32,000 bases of DNA from the NCBI RefSeq assembly GCF_001548275.1, contig NZ_AP014945.1:540001-572000 (forward strand), given 5' to 3'. This stretch comes from Caldimicrobium thiodismutans (GTDB lineage: Bacteria > Desulfobacterota > Thermodesulfobacteria > Thermodesulfobacteriales > Thermodesulfobacteriaceae). A program made the position numbers and the translations under genes. Each line of letters begins with the position of its first letter. The stretch's first letter is position 1. Below the pieces are notes generated by a model. That model did no database searches, was not told the DNA's origin, and worked only from the letters and a program-made list of their open reading frames with translations. Shown here piece by piece: positions 1 through 8,086 of this stretch.

Positions 1-1762
1 ATCCAAAATATTTCTGTTTTTCAAGTTTATATAAATGAATCAAGGATAAAAGTTTAAATTTATTTTCTGAAGTTTCATCTATATTTTCTAAGGCTTTTTG
101 GATGTCTGATAAGTTAATTTCTAAAAAGTCTTCTATCTGATATAGAGAAAAGGTTTTAAATAATTCAACTAAAAGCTTTTGCATAGGTATATGAAAGGAT
201 AATTCGTCTTTAATAATTCTTCGCCATATTGCTTCAGGTAAATATCTTTTAATATAATTACCATCAAGAGTAAACCAATAATAAAAGATATCTTTAATAA
301 AATCAATGGCTAAACTTGAATTTTCAATATGAATAAATTTTCTCAAAAAATGTAAAAGGGTATCTTTTCTTTGTGAAATCTCATCTATTTCAGTTGATAA
401 GTCCCTGATGAGTCCTTCAGCACCTATCTCATTAAAATAAACAGGAAATATTTTACAAAATTGTTTTACAAGATTATAAACAGGTTTAATAGGTGAGTTT
501 AGCAGAGAAGATATTTCCTTCTGAAAGAGATCGGTATCTCTTAAGGATAACCCGTAAAGTTTAAGATTTAGAAAAAGCGCTGCAAGAAGACTTGAACACC
601 ATTCAGGATGAGCCTTAAAGATATCCAGCCAGGCCTTAAGGCTTAAAAGATGATTAGGATTATCTTTTATCCTCCAGTGCTCATCTATACCCTCTACCTG
701 AGGGGGGAAAAAACCATATTTTATAATTTCCCCTATTAAAATCTCCGCCAAATAAACAGCTCTTTTATTAAGTATGGATATCCCAATATTTTTAATGCAT
801 TCAAAGGCAGTCCATGGATAGAGATCAGATTTTTCTTTTAATATGGAAAAAAACTTGGTTAAAAATTCTTCAAGTTTTTCTGAAGGTTTTTCCTCAATCA
901 TTTTCAAAAGAATCTGGTTTACTTCTTTAATTAGCTCTTCATGTAAAAGAAGGAGAGTGGGATTTTCTATAAAATTAAAAAGAATTGATAAACGCTCTTC
1001 TTCAGGGATACCCTCTTTTTTATTAGAGCATACCTCTTGCACATAAGTTTTTACTTTCCTCAAAAGATCTAAATGATCAGGATATTCAAGTAGTTCAGAT
1101 AAAGGCAATGGTCCTTTTTGAAAAGCGTCTTCTTTTAAATGGCGCAATTCATCAGGCAATAATTTTTGTCTTTCCCAGAGCTGGTAGGTTAATTTAAGAT
1201 ATCTGTAAAGCAATTTCTGTAAAATTTGAATGAAATCTGATTCAAGAGGAAATTTAGCAATCTTGTGAGCAAGTCTCTTAAAGGAATAATAATTTTCAAG
1301 AAAGGCATAAAATATAGGATCGGGAAGCTCGCTTCCAGCTTTGATGATCTCCATAAGAATAGGAGAAATTTTTATAAAAATATCTTTGTCCATGATATTA
1401 ACAGTTTTATCGAGAAGGGCATAATAGATCTCAGCGGTTTTGATATTTACTTCTCTTTTATCACTAAAAAATTTAAATAACAACTCAAAAATAAGATAAA
1501 GACCCTTATTACTTAAAGGGCTCCTTAAAATAAGTGCAAGATTTCTCAAAAAGAAGGCCCTAAATTCTTCTAAAACAAGAAGGGTGTTTCTAAAGGGATG
1601 AAAGATTTCTCTGAGTATAAAGGAAACCTGTTTTTTTAAGGCAGGAAAATCTTTAAAGATCTCAAGTAAAAGCTCATATTTTTCATCATAATGAATTTCA
1701 GTTACACGCGTTTGCTGAAGATTAGCAAGTAAGGCCTTAGAGGTAAAAGTTGATTGCCCCAT
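1..1762 (-). CDS. large uncharacterised protein, N-terminal ~587 codons (gene continues past the left window edge)
   Basis: Absent from the supplied ORF track, apparently because it is edge-truncated. Hand translation of the minus strand from ATG at 1762 (MGQSTFTSKALLANLQQTRVTEIHYDEKYELLLEIF...) stays open to base 1. An AAGGAG Shine-Dalgarno overlaps the gap stop codon just upstream. The sequence is L/I/K/F-rich and looks helical; I can assign no motif. Confidence 0.6.
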   Translation of the reverse strand, partial: MGQSTFTSKALLANLQQTRVTEIHYDEKYELLLEIFKDFPALKKQVSFILREIFHPFRNTLLVLEEFRAFFLRNLALILRSPLSNKGLYLIFELLFKFFSDKREVNIKTAEIYYALLDKTVNIMDKDIFIKISPILMEIIKAGSELPDPIFYAFLENYYSFKRLAHKIAKFPLESDFIQILQKLLYRYLKLTYQLWERQKLLPDELRHLKEDAFQKGPLPLSELLEYPDHLDLLRKVKTYVQEVCSNKKEGIPEEERLSILFNFIENPTLLLLHEELIKEVNQILLKMIEEKPSEKLEEFLTKFFSILKEKSDLYPWTAFECIKNIGISILNKRAVYLAEILIGEIIKYGFFPPQVEGIDEHWRIKDNPNHLLSLKAWLDIFKAHPEWCSSLLAALFLNLKLYGLSLRDTDLFQKEISSLLNSPIKPVYNLVKQFCKIFPVYFNEIGAEGLIRDLSTEIDEISQRKDTLLHFLRKFIHIENSSLAIDFIKDIFYYWFTLDGNYIKRYLPEAIWRRIIKDELSFHIPMQKLLVELFKTFSLYQIEDFLEINLSDIQKALENIDETSENKFKLLSLIHLYKLEKQKYFG

Positions 1763-1768
1763 TTCTCC

Positions 1769-2776
1769 TTAGAGATATTCTTTATCAATCATTAAACTAA
1801 TAAGGTCAAGAAGTCTCACGGAGTAGCCCCATTCGTTATCATACCAGGCAATAATTTTGAGAAGATTTCTTCCAATAACCTTGGTTGTTAAGCCATCAAT
1901 AATAGCACTATGGGGATCCCCAACTAAATCCATAGAAACTAAGGGTTCCTCCATATAACGAATAAACCTGCTCTGGTTTTCTTTAAATATTTTATTAAGT
2001 TCAGAAGAGGTGGTATCCTCTTTAATTTTAATCACTAAATCAAGCAATGAGACATCAGGAGTGGGCACTCTCACAGAGAGCCCATCAATCTTATCTGCAA
2101 GATCAGGCATAATTTTTTGTAAAGCCTTTATCACACCTGTGGAAGTTGGTATCATATTTAAACCCGCAGCACGGGCCCTTCTAAAGTCCTTGGGATGAAC
2201 CATATCAAGTAACCTCTGATCATTGGTATAAGCATGAATAGTAGTCATAAAGCCACTTTCAATTTGATAATATCTTTTTAAAAGGGCCAAAATCGGGGCT
2301 AAACAATTAGTTGTGCAGGAGGCGTTAGATACAATAAAATGCCTCTTGGGATCATAACTCTCCTCATTAACTCCCATTACAATTGTTGCATCCTCATTTT
2401 TGGCAGGGGCTGAAATTATAACCCTTTTTGCACCTGCTGAGAGATGTTTCCGCGCTAAATTCGCATCGGTAAAAAATCCCGTTGATTCTATTACATAATC
2501 AACGCCAGCCTCTCTCCAGGGTATCCTTTCAGGATCTCTTTCCTGAAAAATCCTTATCCTCTTTTGATTAACAACGATGGCATCTCCCTCTACATGAACC
2601 TCATAGGGAAGTTTTCCAAAGATTGTATCATATTTAAAAAGGTGAGCTAACATCTCAGGTGAAGATAGATCATTAATGGCTACAATTTCAATTTGATTAA
2701 ATTCGGGATACCTAAATCTGGCTCTTAAAATTGCTCTACCAATTCTTCCAAATCCATTAATGGCTATTCTGATCAT
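1769..2776 (-). CDS. gap: glyceraldehyde-3-phosphate dehydrogenase, type I
   Basis: N-terminal INGFGRIGR Rossmann motif, catalytic SNASCTTNCLAP segment and WYDNEWGYS C-terminal signature. 335 aa, a typical length. Confidence 0.95.
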   Translation of the reverse strand: MIRIAINGFGRIGRAILRARFRYPEFNQIEIVAINDLSSPEMLAHLFKYDTIFGKLPYEVHVEGDAIVVNQKRIRIFQERDPERIPWREAGVDYVIESTGFFTDANLARKHLSAGAKRVIISAPAKNEDATIVMGVNEESYDPKRHFIVSNASCTTNCLAPILALLKRYYQIESGFMTTIHAYTNDQRLLDMVHPKDFRRARAAGLNMIPTSTGVIKALQKIMPDLADKIDGLSVRVPTPDVSLLDLVIKIKEDTTSSELNKIFKENQSRFIRYMEEPLVSMDLVGDPHSAIIDGLTTKVIGRNLLKIIAWYDNEWGYSVRLLDLISLMIDKEYL

Positions 2777-3239
2777 CCTTTTCCTCCTCCTTTAAAGGAT
2801 ATACCATTATGTAAGCTGATTCATTTAGTCCATAATAATGTTTTCTTAAACCCATTTTTTGAAAACCAACTTTTTGATAAAGTCTAACAGCTCCTATATT
2901 TTTTTCTGAAACCTCTAAATAAATCTTCCGAATCCTTTGAGATTTAGCCTTTTTAAAAAGGCTCTCTAATAAATATTTTCCATATCCCATTTTTTGAAAA
3001 GCAGGCCTTATAGCAATTCTTAAAAGTTCGCCCTCATCAAGAATCCTCCGCATGAGAACATAACCTATTTCACTTTGATCGTTTCTTAAAAGAAGAATTA
3101 CATTATTATGTTTTTGAAATTCTGATTTTATCATTTCTAAATTCCATGCCTTCTCCCCAAAGGCCTCCCTCTCTATATCCAAAAGCGCACTCACTTGATC
3201 TAAATCCTTAGATTCCACTATTTTAATCTCTCTCCACAT
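2757..3239 (-). CDS. rimI: GNAT acetyltransferase, ribosomal-protein-alanine N-acetyltransferase (RimI)-like
   Basis: 160 aa. The acetyl-CoA binding motif region RIAIRPAFQKMGYGKYLL is typical of RimI-type GNATs. The 3' end overlaps the gap start by 20 nt. Confidence 0.75.
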   Translation of the reverse strand: MWREIKIVESKDLDQVSALLDIEREAFGEKAWNLEMIKSEFQKHNNVILLLRNDQSEIGYVLMRRILDEGELLRIAIRPAFQKMGYGKYLLESLFKKAKSQRIRKIYLEVSEKNIGAVRLYQKVGFQKMGLRKHYYGLNESAYIMVYPLKEEEKDDQNSH

Positions 3240-4095
3240 CTCTTAAAGTTACCACTACTTCTGTATCAATTTCTGATTTTTTAAGTCTTTCCGCAAGTAA
3301 TAAAGCTAAAGCAGGACTTCTGTGCCTTCCACCGGTGCATCCAATCCCAAGGGCTAAAAAATTTCTCCCTTCAGCCCGATGAAGAGGTAAAGCCCATTTT
3401 ATAAAATTATAAACATAATCAAGGAATTCAGAAGTCCTGGGCTCCTTTAAAAGAAATTTTTGAATCTCCAGGGTTTCTCCGCTTAAGTCCTTAAGTTCAG
3501 GCACAAAATAGGGATTAGGAAGGACCCGAGCATCAAAAAGATAATTAGCCTCATAAGGGATACCAAATTTATATCCAAAAGAAATAATGTGTAAGAGAAT
3601 ATATTGCAATTCTTTCCTCTGACCATAGATTTTGAATATTTCATGTCTCAATTGATGAACATTAAAATTAGAGGTATCTAAAAAAAGGGTTACATAGTCT
3701 TTAATCAGGGCTAATTTATCTTTTTCCAGAACAATAGCTGCCTTTATATCCTTGAGTTCCTGTAAAAAGGGATGGGGCCGTCTGGTCTGACTGAACCGAG
3801 TAATAAGCGCCTTAAGGTCTGCAGTAAGAAAAATTATATCAAAGCTGTATTTTTTTTCTCTTAATTTGGCTATGGTATTTGGAAATTCTTGCAAAAAAAA
3901 GGGGTCCCTTAAATCCATAACCAGGGCTATTTTTTCAGCAAGCTCCCCTGTTCTAATTTCATCAAGAAAAGGTAAAAGCAATCTAACAGGAAAATTATCA
4001 ATAGCCAGATAGCCCAGATCTTCAAAGGCTTTAAGGGCAGTGCTTTTTCCTGCCCCTGATTCCCCGGTAATTATTACTACAGCAGGTTTCATCAA
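3223..4095 (-). CDS. rapZ: RNase adapter / nucleotide-binding protein RapZ (YhbJ family)
   Basis: N-terminal P-loop ITGESGAGKST and C-terminal GCTGGRHRS motif. 290 aa. Conserved position downstream of rpoN-hpf. Confidence 0.9.
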   Translation of the reverse strand: MMKPAVVIITGESGAGKSTALKAFEDLGYLAIDNFPVRLLLPFLDEIRTGELAEKIALVMDLRDPFFLQEFPNTIAKLREKKYSFDIIFLTADLKALITRFSQTRRPHPFLQELKDIKAAIVLEKDKLALIKDYVTLFLDTSNFNVHQLRHEIFKIYGQRKELQYILLHIISFGYKFGIPYEANYLFDARVLPNPYFVPELKDLSGETLEIQKFLLKEPRTSEFLDYVYNFIKWALPLHRAEGRNFLALGIGCTGGRHRSPALALLLAERLKKSEIDTEVVVTLRDVERD

Positions 4096-4601
4096 GACAT
4101 CTCAGGTATGTAAAGAAAAATTTTGTTATTTTCTCTATAAAAACAACAAATTTTGTCCTCATCTGTATTAAAAAAGAGATAAATTTTATCATTACCCTTT
4201 TTAAAAAGGTTAAGAGCTTCCTGAGTTGATAAAGGGACAACCTCAATTTTGGATACCAAGACCTCTTCTGAGGTTTCTGTAAGAGTTGTTTGTCCTTGCA
4301 CTCTCGGGGGCCTATGTTCCTGTCTTTTTTCTTTAAGCCTTTTAACCTGTTTTTCTAAGGATTCATAGGCAAAATCTATGGAAGAATAAATATCATCTGT
4401 TTCTTCTTTAACCACAAGGGTCTCACCATCTCCATTTAAAACAATTTCGGCAATCTCTCTAAACTTTTCTCGCTTTAAAACTATCTGGGCCTGCACCGGG
4501 CCATAAAAATATCTCTCCAATCTGGAAAGCTTCTTCTCTGCGTATTGGGCAATGGCAGGAGAAGAATCCATTCCCTTGAAGGTAAAGTTAAATTCCATCA
4601 T
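4092..4601 (-). CDS. hpf: ribosome hibernation promoting factor (long HPF / sigma-54 modulation protein family)
   Basis: 169 aa. The start FNFTFKGMDSSPAIAQYAEKKLSRLERYF matches the HPF/RaiA N-domain, followed by a linker and a C-terminal dimerisation-type domain. Lies immediately downstream of rpoN. Confidence 0.85.
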   Translation of the reverse strand: MMEFNFTFKGMDSSPAIAQYAEKKLSRLERYFYGPVQAQIVLKREKFREIAEIVLNGDGETLVVKEETDDIYSSIDFAYESLEKQVKRLKEKRQEHRPPRVQGQTTLTETSEEVLVSKIEVVPLSTQEALNLFKKGNDKIYLFFNTDEDKICCFYRENNKIFLYIPEMS

Positions 4602-4615
4602 ATAACCCTCCTAAG

Positions 4616-6022
4616 CTAAGATATTTTCTTCCTTCTCTCTCTAATGGATGGGATATTAAGTTCCTCTCTATATTTTGTCACTGTCCTTCGGGCTATTTTT
4701 ATTCCATACTTTTCACTTAAAATACTTCCAATCTCACTATCACTAAGGGGCTTTTTTGGATCCTCTGTCTGCACTATTTCTTTAATGTAGTTCTTGATAG
4801 CTACCGCTGATAAACTCTCTCCCTTATGGGTATCATAACCTGTTGAAAAGAAAAATTTTAGAGGATATAGCCCTAAGGGGGTATCTACATATTTATGGCT
4901 AATTACTCTGCTGATTGTGGACTCATGTAATCCTGTAACTTGCGAAAGATCTTTTAAGGTAAGAGGTTTCAGAAAACTTACCCCCCTTTCAAGGAAATCT
5001 CTCTGGGCTTTAAGAATTGCCTCTCCTACTTTGTAAAGGGTGCTATATCTACTATCTAAGGCCTTAAGTAAATTTTCAGCCATTTTAAATTTTTCTTTTA
5101 AAAACTCCTTACCCTTTCCATTATTTAAAAGCCTTTTATTCTGAATGATTTTATAGTAAAGGGGGCTTAGATAAACCCTGGGTGCTTTTTCATTCAAAAT
5201 CTCTACTTTCCATTCTTCTTCCTCTTTATAAAATCGTAAATCCGGTTCAATGTAAAGTCCTTTGGTCGAAGAGAAGTTTCGAGCAGGAAAGGGTTCTAAA
5301 TTTTTAATAATCTCCATGGCCTCCTGAAGGTCCGCAATAGGTAAATCAAGCTTTTTGGAAAGGGTCTCAATATTTTGGACAAGCTCAGAGAGATGTTCTG
5401 CAACAAGTTTATAAGGAAGATCACTATCTTTATAACCTAAGAATTCAAGTTGAACAAGCAAGCACTCTCTGAGATCAAGAGAAGCTACTCCCACGGGATC
5501 TAACCTTTGAAGAAGCCTTCTAACCTTTTCTACCTCTTCTGGTAATACATTAATATCTATAGCCAGTTCTTCTACAGGCACACTCAGATAGCCCTTATCA
5601 TCAAGATTCCCCATAATAAAACCTGCTATCTCTCTTTGCAAAGGTGAAAGCTCAAGAAACCCAAGTTGCCAATAAAGGTGCTGAGTAAGAGTTTCTTCAG
5701 TTCCAACCGTTCTTTCAATGAGGGACCCTATCTCATCTTCTCCTTCTTCAAAGCTAAAAGAAGGAACTCTCCTTTCCCATAAGCTTTCTTCATCCCAGTG
5801 AAATTCATCTACCAAAGTTATATCCTCTCTATTTTCTACCTGAGACCTTCCAGAGTATAAATCCCTAAATTCTATCTCTAAAAAGGGATTAACCTGAGCC
5901 TCTTGAAGAAGATATTCATTTAATTCAAGAATATTTAATTGTAAAACTTTAAGAGTGAGTTTAAGCTGAGGCGTTAAAATAAGTTGGGGAACTAACTTGA
6001 GCTGATTTTTTATTTCAATCAT
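4616..6022 (-). CDS. rpoN: RNA polymerase sigma-54 factor
   Basis: 468 aa. C-terminal RpoN box ARRTVTKYRE and an HTH region (LTLKDLSQVTGLHESTISRV). The N-terminal L/Q-rich region I is typical of sigma-54. Confidence 0.95.
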   Translation of the reverse strand: MIEIKNQLKLVPQLILTPQLKLTLKVLQLNILELNEYLLQEAQVNPFLEIEFRDLYSGRSQVENREDITLVDEFHWDEESLWERRVPSFSFEEGEDEIGSLIERTVGTEETLTQHLYWQLGFLELSPLQREIAGFIMGNLDDKGYLSVPVEELAIDINVLPEEVEKVRRLLQRLDPVGVASLDLRECLLVQLEFLGYKDSDLPYKLVAEHLSELVQNIETLSKKLDLPIADLQEAMEIIKNLEPFPARNFSSTKGLYIEPDLRFYKEEEEWKVEILNEKAPRVYLSPLYYKIIQNKRLLNNGKGKEFLKEKFKMAENLLKALDSRYSTLYKVGEAILKAQRDFLERGVSFLKPLTLKDLSQVTGLHESTISRVISHKYVDTPLGLYPLKFFFSTGYDTHKGESLSAVAIKNYIKEIVQTEDPKKPLSDSEIGSILSEKYGIKIARRTVTKYREELNIPSIRERRKKIS

Positions 6023-6024
6023 TT

Positions 6025-6759
6025 TTAAATCTTAAAATCTTTACCTAAGTATTTTTCTCTAACTTGTTCAAGCTCTACTAATTCTTGGGGTGTTCCAGAA
6101 CCTATAATTACGCCATCTGCAATTACATAAGCCCTATCACAAATCTTTAAAGTATCCCTTACATTATGGTCAGAGATTAAAAGGCCCAATCCCTGCTCTT
6201 TTAGGGTATTAAAGATATCCTTTAATTGACTAATTCCAATGGGATCAATTCCAGCAAAGGGCTCATCTAAGAGAATAAAATCTGGTTCAATCAAAAGGGC
6301 TCTTACGATCTCCACTTTTCTTTTCTGACCCCCTGAAAGATACTGAGCTTTAACATGCAAAACCTCTGTTAAATTAAAGATCTCAAGATAATTTTCCAAT
6401 TTTTTTTCAATAACTTCAGCCTTTTCTTTCCATTTTTCTATAACAATTTTAAAATTTTCCTCTACCGTGAGGCCCCTAAAAACTGAGGTCTCTTGAGGAA
6501 GATAAATTATCCCAAGACTTGCCCTTTCCGAGACATCAAGATTTGTAATATCTTTATCACCACAAGAGATCCTCCCATTGTCTGGTCTTAAAAAACCTGC
6601 TAAAATGTAAAAGGATGTGGTCTTTCCAGCGCCATTTGGCCCAAGAAGCCCTACAATCTCTGATTTTCTGACATTGAAACTGATATCCCTGACTATTTCT
6701 CTTTTTTTAAAGCTCTTTTTAAGATGTATAGCTGAGAGACTCAGTTCATTATTTTTCAT
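6025..6759 (-). CDS. lptB: LPS export ABC transporter ATP-binding protein LptB
   Basis: Walker A GPNGAGKTT, signature LSGGQKRKVEI and Walker B LLDEP. 244 aa. Lies between lptA and rpoN as in the canonical cluster. Confidence 0.9.
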   Translation of the reverse strand: MKNNELSLSAIHLKKSFKKREIVRDISFNVRKSEIVGLLGPNGAGKTTSFYILAGFLRPDNGRISCGDKDITNLDVSERASLGIIYLPQETSVFRGLTVEENFKIVIEKWKEKAEVIEKKLENYLEIFNLTEVLHVKAQYLSGGQKRKVEIVRALLIEPDFILLDEPFAGIDPIGISQLKDIFNTLKEQGLGLLISDHNVRDTLKICDRAYVIADGVIIGSGTPQELVELEQVREKYLGKDFKI

Positions 6760-7213
6760 ATATTTTTACTCTAACCCTTCCTCCAGATCTTGAAAAAACT
6801 TCACTTCTATCTTCATTAAAATAAATTGTTATCAAATCTCCTTCTACAAGATTCTTTTCATGCCAGACCTTTGGGTTTTCTTCCAAAATGAGTTTTTCTT
6901 CTCCCTTAAAATAGGTAGCCTTTCCAGCAACAGCTTTCCATTTCTCTCTTTCAATCTTAACTCCCCCTATGGCAACGATGCGCTGAATGTCTCTTTTGGC
7001 CTCTCCTTTTATATAATAAACATAGAGCTTATCTGCCCAGAGTTTAATATCCTTAGTTTGGGCAAAGACCTTTCCCGTAAAAACTGCAAGGCCATCATCC
7101 TCAAAAACCTCCATTTTATCGGAATTAATATTGATTTCCTTAGCAAAAAGGCTATTCAATAAAAAACCATTCAGGAAAAGTAGTGTTAAAAACACTATTT
7201 TAAAGGCCTTCAT
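6749..7213 (-). CDS. lptA: LPS transport periplasmic protein LptA (OstA-like)
   Basis: Signal peptide MKAFKIVFLTLLFLNGFLLNSLFA followed by an OstA-like beta-jellyroll-type sequence. Overlaps the lptB start by 11 nt. The track starts at TTG 7216; ATG 7213 is preferred. Confidence 0.7.
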   Translation of the reverse strand: MKAFKIVFLTLLFLNGFLLNSLFAKEININSDKMEVFEDDGLAVFTGKVFAQTKDIKLWADKLYVYYIKGEAKRDIQRIVAIGGVKIEREKWKAVAGKATYFKGEEKLILEENPKVWHEKNLVEGDLITIYFNEDRSEVFSRSGGRVRVKIYEK

Positions 7214-7221
7214 CAATTATT

Positions 7222-7249
7222 AATATAACCCAAAAGGCATTTAAAACAA
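7222..7249 (-). promoter_or_regulatory. candidate sigma70-type promoter for the lptA operon (TTGTTT-16-TATATT)
   Basis: On the minus strand, the -35 TTGTTT (7244-7249) is followed by a 16-nt spacer and the -10 TATATT (7222-7227). The ATG at 7213 follows 8 nt later with no Shine-Dalgarno. Confidence 0.35.
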
Positions 7250-7252
7250 GTC

Positions 7253-7280
7253 TTTACTTTTTTTAGGGGTCGTATAAAAT
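7253..7280 (+). promoter_or_regulatory. candidate sigma70-type promoter for the VKOR-like gene (TTTACT-16-TAAAAT)
   Basis: The -35 TTTACT (7253-7258) is followed by a 16-nt spacer and the -10 TAAAAT (7275-7280). The ATG at 7289 lies 8 nt downstream, with no Shine-Dalgarno. Confidence 0.35.
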
Positions 7281-7288
7281 ACATTGGT

Positions 7289-8086
7289 ATGCCAAAAAAA
7301 AGAAGCTCCACTCTTTTTATTATCTACCTTCTTATTTTTTTGACTTTGATGGTCCTTTTAATAGAAGGTGTATTATACCATTATGGAAAAAGTCTCTGTA
7401 CCTCTAAGGCCTGTGAGATCACTCAATTTTTAACAATTATACCCAAGAACTATCTTTTAGTTCTTGGTGGGATATATTTTTTTTCTCTTTTTTTTATCAC
7501 CTGGCTCTATTGCTCCACCGAAGGCTCCTTTTTTCTTAATTTGATCTTAATTTTGTTATCTGCCGGTTTAATAGCTGAAGGTGTCTTTTTAGGAAGGCTC
7601 TTTTTTGATTTTCAGCTTCTTTGTTACTTTTGTTTATTTATCGGAGGCTCTCTATTCATAATTGCTCTGTTATATCTTATCTTTCTAAGGGAAAGCAGAT
7701 TTAATTCTTTTTCCCTTTTCAGTGTTTTCCTGGGTGGTTTTATGGGGTTATTTTTTGCTTTTAAAATCACATCTTTTTCAGAAAATTTTTTAAATGCTCC
7801 TCAAATGAAATATTATTTAATCTATTCCGAGGATTGTTCCCGCTGTAAAGAGCTTCTCTCAGCTGTTAAAAGGAATGATCTTGTGAAAATTCCCCTGCAA
7901 AAGGGATTTTTCCTTTTAAAGATTTTTAATCTTTCTTCAGTTCCTGTTTTAATTGAAAAAGGTGAAAAGACCTGGATAATTTATCCTGATCTTGAGGATA
8001 TGCAAAAAATATTACTGGGTGAGGGCAAGAAGATTAATAAAGAATGTAATAATGAGACCCAAGGAGGTGTCTGTGTCCTACCCTGA
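7289..8086 (+). CDS. polytopic membrane thiol oxidoreductase, VKOR-like domain fused to a thioredoxin-like domain
   Basis: About five hydrophobic helices. A loop cysteine pair CTSKAC follows TM1. An intramembrane CXXC (LLCYFCLF) matches the VKOR active-site position. The C-terminal soluble domain has CSRC (YSEDCSRCKELL) and a cis-Pro-type SVPVL loop. Confidence 0.5.
   Translation: MPKKRSSTLFIIYLLIFLTLMVLLIEGVLYHYGKSLCTSKACEITQFLTIIPKNYLLVLGGIYFFSLFFITWLYCSTEGSFFLNLILILLSAGLIAEGVFLGRLFFDFQLLCYFCLFIGGSLFIIALLYLIFLRESRFNSFSLFSVFLGGFMGLFFAFKITSFSENFLNAPQMKYYLIYSEDCSRCKELLSAVKRNDLVKIPLQKGFFLLKIFNLSSVPVLIEKGEKTWIIYPDLEDMQKILLGEGKKINKECNNETQGGVCVLP

Noticed and set aside
843-1480. Track ORFs 843..1046 (+) and 1265..1480 (+)
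   Set aside because: They lie antisense inside the long open minus-strand frame (1..1762), have low-complexity composition and no SD. They are treated as shadow ORFs.
7992-8051. Upstream start (7992) for the MetE-fold gene
   Set aside because: It would overlap the VKOR-like gene by 95 nt and add a basic, non-conserved-looking 20 aa. ATG 8052 or GTG 8073 behind AAGGAGG is more plausible.
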